This document shows, piece after piece, positions 41,944-55,621 of a DNA stretch of 64,000 nucleotides (positions within the stretch are counted from its first letter, which is position 1; each line of letters begins with the position of its first letter). The notes under the pieces were generated by a model. It was not told the DNA's origin, made no database searches, and worked only from the letters and a program-made list of their open reading frames with translations. The DNA comes from Paraspadella gotoi. Taxonomy: Eukaryota; Animalia; Chaetognatha. Location: positions 8,864,764-8,928,763 of the forward strand of contig CM119264.1 in assembly GCA_051294375.1 (NCBI GenBank). Direction: 5' to 3'. The position numbers and the translations under genes are program-made.

Positions 41944-44890
41944 TATAGCCAATAATTTGTTGATGACAAATATATAACAATGATGCTATCAAAAGCGAAA
42001 CTCATGACTTGACCCAGACGCCACTGACCGACAACAAAAAATCACTTAATGAAATAGCGACGTGACAGAATACGAAGAGAGAGAATCATTTCGTTATCAG
42101 GCGCATCTCTTCAGTTTACTCATCATCATCCTCATCTTCAGTTCTCAGAAAAGATGAAATTCAAACGTCGCACGTCTCGTCCTCAGGAAAAATGGCGCAG
42201 AGAACCGAAGCGACGGAGCGACTCTTTTCCGTCATCGCGTTACCGTGGCGTAGGCGTTAGCGTTAGTGTTGGCGTTGGCGTTGGCGTAGCTGTTCGCGTT
42301 GGCGTTGGCGTAGCTGTCACGTTGGCGTTGGCGAAAGCGTTTACAGCGGCGGTGGAGCCGATATTACCTCCTCCGTATGAATCAGGAAAAGAAGGAGATC
42401 GGCTTCCAAATTTGGGTTGATTCAAGGTCGACGCCCCGCCAAACGCGATGCCATTAACGCCGCTCGCGCCAAATGGCGTCGCCGAACGTCATTCCTTTCC
42501 TCGTTTCCTCTTCCGTTTCGCCCTCCGTTCATTCGCCCACCGTTCATTCGCCCTCCGTTAATTCGCCTCCGTTCATTCGCCTCGATTCATCCTTCTTTAT
42601 TGGCCGGTCGTTCATTAACCGGGAGAGAACTCTTTTTATAGTCGCCGTTTCCGCTGAGTCATGAGTTCGGCGCGGGTTTCGATTCGTCGCGGTAGGCGAG
42701 GCCGCTGCCGCTTAAACCGCCGCCACCGCCTACGCCGCTGCTGCCGAAGCCGCTGCCTGCCGTTGCCCGTCACCACCCCGCCGCACCAGCCGCCCCACCC
42801 CGCCGGCACCTGCCGAAAAACGTTTTCCCACCTTGTCCTCGATAAGGATGTAATCCGAAGTTTGCTTCGCTAATAATTCCACCTCCGCCGCCGCCACGCC
42901 GCCGCCGCCTCCTCCTCGGCCTCCACGGCCTCCGCCGCCGCCGCACCGCCGCCGCCGCCGCGCATCCTGGGCGTTTCTGAGGAAGGCAGAATCTCTGCCT
43001 CACCAATTCCGTTGAAGCGATTGGTTCGATCGTTGGCGTTAGTATTGGCGAACCAGGACTGATCCATTAAGTTGTCCTTTCTGTTTCTCCCATTATTGTG
43101 GTTGTTCTATTCGAAATTGTTGTTGTGATCATAACGCCGGTCGAGGGCCACGATTTCGCAGCCTTCTTATGACGCCGACGATGACGTTTCTTCTGTCGGT
43201 GTCAAAAAATTCCCTGGGAATTTTGTGGTAGAAGAGAGATGGCGTCAAAGTCGACGTTGTTGTTGTTGTTTTTATTATTAATTCCTCCTTTCGACGTCAG
43301 CTTTTGGAAGTTGAGAGATGAGCGCCGATAAGTCTTTCATTTGATCGTTGCCGCCGCCGCCGCCGGCCGCCGCGCCGAATAGCCTCGTTTTCGCTCCTAG
43401 CTGCTGCCGGCTCTTCTTCCGTTTCGAGCGACGCCGCTCCCGAGAATCCAGGTGAAGACCCCACAACCGGCAGCCGCGGCTGTTGCGGCGGCTGCTTCGC
43501 TGGAAATCGATATCCGGACTGGAAATCGGCGTCATCGCCGGCGCCGTCGGAGGAAATTGGCGCGTTATCATCATCCATCGGCGATGGCGCCGGAGGAGGC
43601 GCGTTACGAACATGTCGCCGCCGCCGCCGCCGCGTTCCTCGCGGCCATTAATAGCTGTCCGCGTTGCTGCTGTTGGCTGTCGCATCTGCTGCAGTTTGTT
43701 GTTGATGTCGCAAATGATGGGAGGCGACGTATCGAGGATCGGCGAAGTAAGGGAATGGCCCTTGGCGACGCCGACGTGGGCGTGGCGGCGATTTTACGGC
43801 TTCGAGGTGGTCGGCGCCAATTGAGGGTTTTCTCATTATGCTCTTGCAGGCTTAAGATCTCGTTTTTGAAGTGAATTCCACGGATTCTGTTTGTCTTTTT
43901 GCTGCAGATCCTTGTAGCATCAGTTCTTTTGAGACGAAGTTCTCTTTCAAATGATTCTTTCTCGTGGTTTTGTCCGACTGATTGAGGAGGAGCGACGATG
44001 GCGATGCTGATCGAGCGAGCCAACTCGTTGGTCCACTCCATGGATAGCTCAATCGTTGAAGATGTTGAACTTGTTGGCAGTTGCTGTTGAAGTTGTTTTG
44101 GAAGAAGAAATGGTGTCGATGCCACTTTTGGTTGCATAGGAGACAGGGAGTTTGAGGAACTTAAAATTCTTGGTATTTGAAGACTTGAAAACCGTTGCTG
44201 GTGGCGAAATTTAGAGGGAAGTTCTGTGTTTGGTTGCAATGATTTTTTGGGTCCGTTAAGCTTTTGATAATGTTTCTTGAAGACCGAATAAAGACTTGTA
44301 ATTCGGGCATCGACGAAGAATCAATTTGTTTTTTTGACCTTAAATCCCCAATTGTCGAAGATTTGTGTCGGAATATGAACCTTTTGGTCCAATGGCGCCG
44401 CAGAACGTCATCATAGACGCCATTGGCGAATATTTACTTGACGGGACGCGGAATCTTTGACTCGGCGCTAATTCGGTAGATCTTCGGCAAGAGATCGCGT
44501 TTCTGTCCCTCTGATTTCGACGGGTCGGCGCCATCGGCCGGCGCTGAATAGGAGATGCTTTCCAGGACGATTGGGTTTTGATCCGCGGAGAGCAAATTTC
44601 GGCTCAATTGTGGCAAGATCAGATTATTTCATCGGGCGAGGACGTCTTCAACGGACCGACTTTGGTGACTCCGGTTTTATAGGTAAAGGAACGAGTTCCC
44701 GTTCGAGGGTAAGACGACGCGAGGAAGATTTCCAATAGGAGAGACGGGAAATGGATGAGATAGTTCTCTGTGGGTTGAGTGGACCTGGCGATTCAGTCGG
44801 CGCCGCGTGGTGTCCTTTCCAAGTTAGAATTCCATGAGGAATATTTCGCGTTCGCTGTCGTTCATCATCGCCGTTTATTAGGGTAAATTT
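38105..44890 (-). repeat. 6.8-kb noisy inverted duplicate of ~24535-31120
   Basis: Reverse-complement colinearity throughout; ORF fragments such as MDQSWFANTNANDR and MNQPKFGSRSPSF recur on the - strand. Confidence 0.95.
42161..44872 (-). pseudogene. Frameshifted inverted copy of the DPT-EGF terminal exon (probably an assembly artefact rather than a true pseudogene)
   Basis: Near-identical to 24552-27242 but broken by many 1-bp indels and few substitutions, the error profile of raw long reads. Confidence 0.6.
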
Positions 44891-44894
44891 TTAC

Positions 44895-45802
44895 GGTTTT
44901 TTAAAAACAAAATATTACAAAGTTTTAGATACACCCTAATCTTCATTAGGTTTTCGCGTCCGGGCGGTTAATTGAGACAAATCTTCGTAATTGTATTAGT
45001 TTTCGTCGTTGAAATCGTCGTCGTTGTTTTCGTCGACGCTGTCGGTGTTTTTTTCCTCTTTGTTGTTGTTGTGGCCGGAATTTACCTTCAGCGGTTCCAT
45101 AAATGCCACCGTCAGGAAACGCGCCATTCGGTGGAGCGTCTGATCATTTGTTCCATGTAGAGAACGAAGATCGACGACGACGACAACGACAACAAATAAA
45201 CAATGACGACAACAACATCCCTCACGGCGTTCAGAAATGAACTTCCCCATTATTCTTCATCGTCGGCTCCACCAGCTTTGTTTACCAAAGTTAGAAAATA
45301 TAGGAAAAAAAATTGCTGAAATATTTGTATAAATATTATTTATTAAATAATATATAGTAGTTTATTTCATATCAAGAATTTGATACAGTGACACACATCA
45401 ACACAATTAAATTAAGTCTAACCCTCCCCAAATAGCAAAGTAAAACGAAAACAAACGTTAACAGTAATGATACTCTATGAAAGTATTTCAAAGTTATTAT
45501 ACATAGGCTTCCGAGGCAATGCAATGCACGCTACAAGGCTTTGGTTGAGCTATAAGATCTTTATTTTCTCAAAGTTTAGATTAATTTTTTTTAAATAATT
45601 TTTTTTCGGAATTAAATCAAGTCTTCTTACTCTGAAGAAGGTTCGAAATGTCAAAGAACCGAAACATGTACGTAATTAATGAATAACCGTTGTACTAATG
45701 AAAATAAAGGTAACTCTGTTACTTTGTCACTCTCCTCCAAAAACAACAAAAGAAAGGAAATTACCAGGAATGAAATCTAAAACTTTTTGGTTCTTCTATA
45801 AG
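44895..45802 (-). repeat. Inverted duplicate of ~31519-32480
   Basis: Reverse-complement match, e.g. MEPLKVNSGHNNNKEEKNTDS appears in both ORF 32118+ and ORF 45250-. Confidence 0.9.
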
Positions 45803-47054
45803 TATAACCTGTGTCGTCAAGAACAACGTTTTTAAAGACTCCCATGCCATAAAAAGCGTGAGTGCAAGTGATTGCTGGCATTGATCAGACGCCAGTGCCT
45901 ATGGGCAGTGATATGTGGCTAAAGGTCACGCCATCAGCCAACTCTTTCCACCATCGTGATCCGCTTAACATTCACCGCCTCGCCTTCGCGCGAAAGGACC
46001 TGACAAAATTTCCTCACCCAATCACCGTTAATCGCGAAAAAACGGGGGCGGGCTCTNNNNNNNNNNNNNNNNNNNNNNNNNNNNNNNNNNNNNNNNNNNN
46101 NNNNNNNNNNNNNNNNNNNNNNNNNNNGATGATGATGATGACGATGATGACGATGATGATGGAGCGTTTTTCTCTATGTTCTCCACTTTTATAATTTAAC
46201 AAACAAAGGAATTCCAGAATTAAACCTGAACAAAAATTGTTGAAAAAGCACATTAAATGGTTTATTAAACTTTCTTGACGTTTCCCCGACCGTGAGAGTT
46301 GCGTGGGATTGAACGGTGACGGAAAGATGAACAAATCTTCGGTCGAAGAAAAGACGAATTATAATCAAGTCGGTCTAATCGAAAGTCCTACAGAGAAAGA
46401 GAGAGATGAATGGGAGTGGAGAAAGGGTGGGGAGGAGTCGAAGGGGGATGTGAAGAAATTAAGCGGCGGAAAAAGAGAGAATATTAGGACTAAGGAAAAG
46501 GGCTATGCGGGGCGGATGTGGGGGGAGAGATGCGATTTAAGGAAATGGGATGAAGAGAGAAAGAGAGAAATGTTAAAGAGTGAAGGGATAAGAAAAGGAA
46601 AAGGACGCGCGGCGAAAAAAGGCTGCGAGTTACCGAATTTTTTTATTTATTTTTTATTCAGTTTCGTCTTGTTATTATTTCAGCCTCTCAGTCCTCTTTT
46701 CTTCTTCTTCGACTCANNNNNNNNNNNNNNNNNNNNNNNNNNTCTCTTCCTCCCTCTTCCCTTCCCGTCTTTCCTATCGTTTCCTCTCACCTCCCATCTT
46801 CCCTCCTTCCCCTTTGCTCTCTCCTCTTTCTCGCCCAACAGAACTGGCAGCGAGGCATCACAGACGTGATTATGATTCGTGGTCAGTTTCGCTGAGATCG
46901 GGTCGGGTTCGGAGGAAGTTTGTTTTTACCACTCTCTGCTAGTACACCGATCAATGTTGCTTCTATCGCACGCTCTGTGTCTCTCTCTCCTCTCTCTCTC
47001 TCTCTCTCTATCCCTCTCCTTCTCTCTCTTCTCTCTCTCTCTCTCCTCTCGAGT

Positions 47055-48217
47055 AAAAAAAGAAAGAAAAAGGGAAAGAAGAGATAAATAAAGGCAAAGG
47101 GGGAAAGGAATGTAGGAAAGGGGAAGATGGGGAAAGAAAAGAAAAGAATGTTGGTAAAATGGGAACGAGAGAAAAAGAAAATGTGAAAAAAAATGGGTTA
47201 CGTCAAAGAGAAAATTGAAGTAGGATATGAACTCGAAGAAATTGTTTAAGTCTGGGGTACTTGCAAAGACATTTCAGAGTTAAAAATAATTAATATGTAA
47301 TGTTAGGAAGGAAAGTGCTTCAAGTAGATTGGTAAGTTGTTAAGTTTAAAAAAAAACTCAATTTTTTTTTCTTTTTTTTTTTTGAGATCTTTAGGTCACG
47401 GTTTTGACCCTTGTGAGGAAACGGGTTCGGAGAAGGTAACCTCACACGAAGAAGACGACGACGACGACGACGACGAGCACTCTTTTACAATTTCTGAAAA
47501 TTGTGTTTTCTTATCAAAAAATATATTTTTGTACGTATAAGGTTGGTAAGAAAACACAAACGTTAGGGAGAGATTAAGATCCGTTAAGTCTGCGGCATCA
47601 TGGAGATTATAAGAGAGGCGAGGAAAGCGAACATCGCGAAGGGAGCGCGTGGAAGGACGGATGAGAGAGAGAGAGAGGAGACTGGAGAGAGAGAGAGAGA
47701 GGAGAGAGACTGGAACAGAGGCGAGAGAGAGGCAGAGGGAGAATAGCGTGAAGAGAGAGAGAGAGCGAGCAGGGTTTGTTGTTTGAATAGACAATGGGGG
47801 TAAATGAAGGAAGGCTTGAATAAGAAACGTCAGGTAATGAGAAGCAACGACAAAACGAAGAAAAGGGAAAAAAGAGGAAAGGAAGAGACGGGGCCAAAAA
47901 AAATATCGGTGAGAAAAATTTAAAGTAAAAGAAAAGAATAAAAAGAAAAGGAAGCGGAAAAGAAAAGAAATGAGAGAAGCGAAGAATGAAAAAAATAAGA
48001 TAAGAAACGCAGAGATGTTCTCTCTCTTTTCTTTTATCTTTCTTTTTTATTCTCATCTTATCCGTAGTTTTTCTTCTCCGCTCAACACAAAAGAATTGAA
48101 AAGACTCATAGAATTTATAATAGAGGCCATCGGCCTGGGCTGAAAGGTGGGATGCTGTCTTGTCTCTCTCGCTGTCTCTGTCTCTCTCTCTCTCTCTCTT
48201 CTCTGCTCTCCTCTCTC

Positions 48218-48274
<57 letters not shown>

Positions 48275-49170
48275 TTTCTTTCTTTACGATTCTCATGCTT
48301 TACGACTCCTCCTCATATTTTAAAGAATCTCTTGCTTGTGTGAGACGGCGTAATCTGTGTGTGGGGGGAACGAATCTCTAGGAGTTTCAGTGATCATAAA
48401 TCACAAATTCACAGTGGGTGATGTTGTTGCTTTGGCGGAAGGGAAGAGAAATTCCAACGGTTATCTCCTTGAAATAAATGAAATATTCACGAAAATGTTG
48501 TTGAAATATCATCGTATTTTGATTTAATATAAGAAAAAAGACTTTCGCACAAAAAAAATATTATACGTAATCCGAATTTCAAGATAATGGTTTTCTCGAA
48601 CGACCTGATTTTTCAGCCGTGATGTTCCAGTTATTCATCGTTCGTCTTTGTCGTCTTTTTCGTCGTCGTTTTTGTCGTCGTCGTCACCGCCGTCTTTTTC
48701 CTTCAAGCAGTTACCTCATTCGGGTCAACACCATGACCTCCTGACCTCATGGCTCATGACCTCCTGACCTCACTGACTCATGCCTCATGAACCCTGGCGT
48801 TATGTACTTCCGTTCTACCAATTAGTATGAGCGAACGAAGACTTTTAGGGCAATCGAGGCTGGCTGTCTTACGACCTCTCCATAATTTTTTTTTACATTT
48901 CGAGCTTTAGATAAATTTGTTAAAGCATTTTTGTGGAAGAGCCTATTTGCCGACTTTATAATTCAAATTTGTATAAATCATTATAGTTTTATAAATCTAG
49001 TAAAAATTAGATATAAAATCGCCTATTGATTTACCAGTGTCGACCATCTTAACTCTTCTTTTATTTTTATTTTTTTTTAATTGTTCTACTCTTCACCTCA
49101 ACATAACATGACATCCTTCGCTTATTAGGGGTCCAATATATAATCATTTCGGTGTGACATCCGGGTAGTG
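47055..49170 (+). repeat. Direct duplicate of ~50335-52500 (46780-46960 is an inverted copy of ~50130-50300)
   Basis: Colinear match, e.g. AGAATCTCTTGCTTGTGTGAGACG at ~48324 and ~51647. Confidence 0.9.
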
Positions 49171-51502
49171 ATGAGGAGAGAGAGAGAAAAGAGGAGAGAG
49201 GAGAAGTACAAGGAAGAGTGAAATGAGAGAGGAGAAGAGGAGAGAGAGAAGAGGAGAGGAGAGAGGAGAGAGAGAGAGAGAGCAGAAGATCGATCTTAAT
49301 CCACCCCAGATGCTTGGCGATGAAAAGGTGACGAAAAACCCCGAGAAGAAAATATGACAAAAGTGGAATGACGACGACACGACGACGACGACGCGTTGAA
49401 CGGACGTGGTCGCTTTATGTTTCTGGTTCCGTGACACTGGCGGAAAGTCCGTGAGACCGGTTTGGCGAGGGAATAAAAAGAAGAGACAGAGAGAGGAGAG
49501 AGGAGGACGACAGGACGAAGAGGAAGGAAAAAGAGATTAAAAAGAGATGAGTGACAGAGATGTTATGCAATATTGCTTAAAGGACGAGAGGAAGACGACG
49601 ACGAACGACGGCGACGGACGATGAGTACGATTATGAATTATTGATGTATGACTCTGGAGCTGATTAGCTGGTTTTTGAGCTGCGAATTGGAGAAGCAATG
49701 TCGGAGGGAAAAAAAGGAAACATGGAAGCAGGGTAAAGAAAAAAAAGAATAAATCTTGACGATTAGTCCAGACGACGACGACAGGACTACACGACTATGA
49801 CAGCGACGGAACAGCATTCTGGTCCATTAGGATTTCTCGCCAACGGGTCGTGAGCAATGCGAGAGAAGATCCCACTCGCCCTGAACGGAACCAAACTTAT
49901 GATAAAACGATCTCTTGAATATTTTAATTTAAACTCTTAGACTTAAGGATTATCTTTTTGCAATAAATTGACTTGAGGTCCTCGTAACTCTACCATATTG
50001 AAATTAGCATAATGANNNNNNNNNNNNNNNNNNNNNNNNNGAGAGGAGAGAGAGAGAGAGAGGAAGCATGAGAGAAGAGAGACGGAGAGTAGAGAGAGAG
50101 AGAGAGAGAGGAGAGAGAGAAGAGTGCGAAGAAGCCAGATGTGCTAGAGAGGTGTAAAAATCCTTCCCCGAACCGACCGACTAACGAACTGACACGAATC
50201 ATATCAGCGTCTGTTATGCCTCGCTGCCAGTTCTTATGGGCGAAAAGAGAGAGAGAAAGGGGAAGGAGGGAAGATGGAGTTGAGAGGAAACGAGGAAGAG
50301 AGGGAAGGAAGAGGGAGGAAGAGATAAAAAAGACCAAGAAAAAAGGGGAAAGAAGAGATAAAATAAAGGCAAAGGGGGAACGGAAGATAGGAAAAGAGAA
50401 GATGGGGAAAGAAAAGAATAAGAATGTTGGGAAAAATTGGGAACGAGAGAAAAAAGAAAAATGTGAAAAAAAATGGTGTTACGTCAAAGAGAATGAGAAA
50501 ATTGAAACAGTAGGATAATTGAACTCGAAGTAGAAATTGGTTTAAGTTCTGGTGGACGTTCCTTGCAAAGACATTTCAGAGTAAAAATAATTAATATGTA
50601 ATGTTAGGAAGGAAAGTGCTTCAAGGTAGATTGTAAGTTCTTAAGGTTAAAAAAAATAACTTTTTCTTTTTTCTTTTTTTTTTTTTTGAATCTTTACGGT
50701 CACGGTTTTTTGACCCTTGTGACGGAAAATCGGGTTCGGGAGAGGAACCTCACACCGAAGAAGAACGACGACGACACGACGCGACGACGACGACAGACCT
50801 CTTTTACAATCTGAATACCATAAAAATAGGTTTTTTAAAACGAATTAGTGTTAAGTTGGTAAGAGTAACACATAACGGTTAGGAGATAATTAAGATTCCC
50901 GTTAAAGTTCTAGCGGCATCATGGAGGATTATAAGAAGCGAGGAAAGAAATGAAGGGACCGGAAACGAGAGAGAGAGAAGAGAGACTGAGAGAGAGAAGA
51001 GAGGAGAGAGAGTAGAGAACAGAGAAGAAGAAGCATGAGGAAATAGACGGAAGAGAGAGGAGTAGAGCGAGCAGTGGGATTGTTGTATTTGAATAGACTA
51101 ATGGGGCGTAAATGAAGGAAGGCTTGAATAAGAAAACGTAAGGTTAATGAGAAGCAATCGACAAAACGGAAGAACAATGGGAAAATAAGAGGAAGAGGAA
51201 GAGACCGGAGGTCCAAAAAAATATCGGGTTGAGAAAAATTTAAAGTAAAAAGCATAAAAGAAATAAAAAGAACAAGGGAGCGGAAAAGAAAAGAATAGAT
51301 GAAGCGAAGAATGAAAAATATAGATAAGAAACGCAGAGATGTTCTCTCTCTTTTCTTTTATCTTTCTTTTTTATTTCTTTTCTTATCCGTATAGTTTTTC
51401 TTCTCCGCTCAACACAAAAGAAATTGAAAAGACTCATAGAATTTATAATAGAGGCCATCGGCCTGGGCTGGAAGTGGGATGCTGGGTCTCTCTCTGTCTC
51501 TC

Positions 51503-51533
<31 letters not shown>

Positions 51534-52040
51534 CTTCTCTCTCTTTCTCTCGTCTCTCTCCTCCTCTCTCTCTCTCTCTTCTCTCTCTCTCTCAGCTTTC
51601 TTTTCTTTTACGATTCTCATGCTTTACGACTCTCCTCATATTTTAAAGAATCTCTTGCTTGTGTGAGACGCGTAATCTGTGTGTGGGGGGGAACGAATCT
51701 CTAGAGTTTCAGTGATCATAAATCACAAATTCACAGTGGGTGATGTTGTTGCTTTGGCGAAGGGAGAAGAAATTCCAACGGTTATCTCCTTGAAATAAAT
51801 GAAATATTCACGAAAATGTTATTGAAATATCATCGTATTTTGATTTAATATATGAAAAAAGACTTCGCACAAAAAATATTATACGTGTCATGAAGTTCAA
51901 GATAATGGTTTTCTCGAACGACCTGATTTTTCAGCCGTGATGTTCCAGTTATTCATCGTCGTCTTTGTCGTCTTTTTCGTCGTCGTTTTTGTCGTCGTCG
52001 TCACCGCCGTCTTTTTTCCTTCAAAGCAGTTACCTCATTC

Positions 52041-52106
52041 GGGTCAACACCATGACCTCCTGACCTCCTGACCTCCTGACCTCATGGCCTCATGGCCTCA
52101 TGAACC
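52041..52106 (-). promoter_or_regulatory. 8-bp-period array of nuclear-receptor half-sites (DR2-spaced AGGTCA)
   Basis: TGACCT at 52053, 52061, 52069, 52077; TGGCCT at 52085, 52093; TGAACC at 52101; inverted GGGTCA at 52041. Function is inferred only. Confidence 0.3.
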
Positions 52107-52499
52107 CTGGCGTTATGTACTTCCGTTCTACCAATTAGTATGACGAAGACTTTTAGGGCATCGAAGGCTGGCTGTCTTACGACCTCTCCATAATTTTTTT
52201 TACATTTCGAGCTTTAGATAAATTTGTTAAAGCATTTTTGTTAAGAAGCCTATTTGCCGACTTTATAATACAAATTTGTATAAATCATTATAGTTTTAAA
52301 TCTGTTCTAGCAATATCGAGTAGAGAATCTGAATAATATTTAGTAAAAAAAATAATAAAATTGCCTATTGATTTGCCAGTGTCGACCATCTTAACTCTTC
52401 TTTTATTTTTATTTTTTTCAATTGTTCTACTCTTCACCTCACCATAACATGACATCCTTCGCTTATTAGGGGTCCAATTCTAATCATTTCGGGTGACAT

Positions 52500-54020
52500 A
52501 TATGGCATCACGCATAAAACGGGGTAAAACCGAAAAGGAATAGNNNNNNNNNNNNNNNNNNNNNNNNNGTAACGCCGTCTACCCCGTTTGATTCGGAGAT
52601 TTCAGTCATCTTTTCTTCTTTTTATTAATTTCCCTGAATTTTTTTTGTTCGCATACGCATATTCAAGAGGATGAAAAAGACCTTTCAACTGGTACTGAAT
52701 ATTCATGGATATGTCTTCTCGGTCATGGCCCGCACGAAATGAAACAGTCTTTTGAAAATCTCTTGAAACGTTATTATTTTTTTTTTTTACTTCTCCCATT
52801 TCGATATAATTCTGTTCTATTTTATTCAATTAAATTTTAATTCCTATTATACTCGGAACTCCAATTATTCTGCTGACAATGGTTTACAGCGGCAACTATT
52901 ACCTTATCAATACTTCTTGAAAAATTTTGAGAGTCTCTTCTTCTTTCTCTCCTCTCTCTCACTGTCTCTCTTCTCACTCTCTTCTCTTCTGATTTTCATC
53001 TCTACTGATCTGCCTATCTCCTTCATCCTATTCATTCTTACTATACTCTTTCTTACCATTGAAAATGATTTGAATTTAGATGCAATTCTATAAATAAACC
53101 AATCTCCATATTTTCGTAATAAAATATCTTTATTATCAATATACTAGAACTTAATTGTTGAAAAAAGGCAGAAAACAACAGTATAAAGAAAATTTAATAA
53201 AAATATAATCTAAAGAAAAACCGGTAAAGAATATCCGAAACTTTTGTTACTCATGCGAAAAAATAACCCGTTTTAGTAGCTTAGTGTAATCGTCATCACC
53301 ATAAAAACCGGGGCTATATTTTTTCCGCAACGATTAAACAAAAAATTTCGGAACTTCTTTACCGTTTTTTTAAATTTCAGATTTTTTTAATTTCTTTTCC
53401 TTTTTATCTCACTTTTTTAGATCCAACAATAAATCCATATTAACTTTGCATTATAAAAGATTTTTTCTACAACATATCGCAATTGTTTATTTATGAGACA
53501 TTGCATTCTAAATTCAAATCATTCAATGGTAAGAAATAAGACGTTAGGTAAGAATAGGTAGTGCATGAGGCAGATTGAAGCAAATAATAGGAGTGAAATC
53601 AGAGAAGAGAGTGAGAGACGATGACGCAGAAGAGACGATAGATAAAAGAAGAGACTCCTCAAAATTTCTTTCAAAGCAAATGTCTTGATAATAAGTGCCT
53701 GTTAAACATTCTCAAGAATATTGGACTCTTATCAATAGAATTCTAAAATTATATAAAAAAGACATAAATTTATCGAAAAGGAAGTAAAAACAACTAAATA
53801 CGTTCAAGATTCAAATAAGTACTTCTCATTTATGTGCGCCATACCTGAACATATTCCTCCTGAATTTCATAACATTGAAATTCTTTTATCCTCTGAATTC
53901 GCCTATGCGAACAAAAAAAATTTCATGGAAAAATTATAAACGAAAAAAAGACTACAATTCCGAATTCCAACGCGGTAACGTCTAAAAACTCATTCCTTTT
54001 CGGTTACCCCTTTTATGCAT
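52500..54020. repeat. Near spacer-less fold-back palindrome centred at ~53290
   Basis: GGGGTAAAACCGAAAAGGAAT (~52520) vs ATTCCTTTTCGGTTACCCC (~53992); CCGGTAAAGAATATCCGAAA (53221) vs TTTCGGAACTTCTTTACCG (~53345). The arms are indel-rich. Confidence 0.85.
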
Positions 54021-54049
54021 ATGGCGAGGAGTAGACGAGAAGAAGCGAA

Positions 54050-54089
<40 letters not shown>

Positions 54090-55621
54090 GAGAGAGAAGA
54101 AGAGAGACGAAAGAGATGAGAGAGAGAAAACAGAACGATCTTAATCACCCAGATGTTGGCTATGAAGGTGACGGAAAAACCCGAGAAAGAAAATATGACA
54201 AAAGTGGAATGACGACGAACACGACGACGACGACGGATTGACGGCGTCGTTTATGTTCTGAGTTCGTGACTGGCGACAAGTCACGGTGAGAGTAATTAGA
54301 GAGGAGGACGACAGGACGAGGAGAGGAAAAAAGAATTAAAAGAGATGATGACAGAGATGTTATGAATATCTAAGGACGATACGACGATGAGTACGATTAT
54401 TATATGATGATATGCCTGGATTAGCTGGTTTTTGAGCTGGAATTGAGAAGCAAGGCGGAGGGAAAAAAAAAACATGGAAGCAGGTAAAAAAAAAGAATAA
54501 AATTTGACGATGTTCCACGACACACAGCGACGACGACGACTATGACAGCGACGACGACTTTGGTCCCTTAGGATTTCTCGCCCAACGGGTGTGACAAGCG
54601 AGAAAATCCCCACTCGCCCTGAACGAACCAAACTTTGAATATAACGTCTCTGAAATTTTATAAACTCTTAGACTTAAAGGATTATCTTTTGCAATAAAAT
54701 GACTTTGAGCTCCTCTAACTCTACCAATATATACAAATTATATTTACCTTTAAATCTAGTATGTCGCTCCCGCCTTAAAAAAAAATCCAGAAACGACTTT
54801 TCTGATAATTTTTGTTCTAGCAATTTTGGCACACCAGTAGCGCAGTAAATATTACAAAACCATGGATGATTTCTAATAGTTTTCGGCTATTCAATCGCGC
54901 CGAACACTAAGAATAAATCCTCTATAAGGTCTTGTAGTAAAATATTTTCTGAATTCTTTTTAAATTTTTTATTTTTGTATCACTTGTAATAGTCAATTAT
55001 AACTACACGGTCATCATGATTCCTATATCTTCTATTTTACAATTTAACTTTCGAAAAAAAAAAAATTGACACATATAAGAAATAATCATTAATCAAATTT
55101 TTCTCTGTTTCTTATGCTGCCATATTATAAATAATGAGAGGTGGATGGTATATAGTACTATTCTAATCTTTTAGGGAGGATTTGCGTTGTGGTGCTGTGT
55201 CTGTGATTTTACAAAGTAAAATTCATTGATCATTATGAATTTTTCTTTCATTATGTTAAACCTTGTATATTACATTTACTTTTAAAACAATTTTATATTT
55301 CTTATCTTTTATTTTTGCTTATATAATATTTATGCTTTTAAAATTTTTTTATTCTTAGTTGCATATGCTTTTTAATGACATATTTATTTACCTTTTTTAT
55401 TCAGCTCGAATGTTTGAACTCTAAATTTTCTTGTTTCTAAGTTCTTCCTTGCTTGTGTGTGTTGTCAAAATGTATTTCATCTTTTTAATTTTGTTATTAG
55501 AACGTAATTCTTCTCTTTCATCCATTATATACTTCCAAGTTAATTTAATTCAAAGTTTTGTTATACTTATGACTAAATATTCCTATCCATTTTAAAAAAA
55601 TCCATCTCGCTCTTTTTGTGT

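Noticed and set aside
42161-44872. A second paralogue of the long Gly/Asn-rich ORF
   Set aside because: Differences are almost all 1-bp indels inside a large inverted duplicate; a noisy read copy is the better explanation.
45805-46000. Minus-strand exon-like block with AG/GT boundaries
   Set aside because: It has stops in all frames in noisy sequence, and the product is not recognisable.
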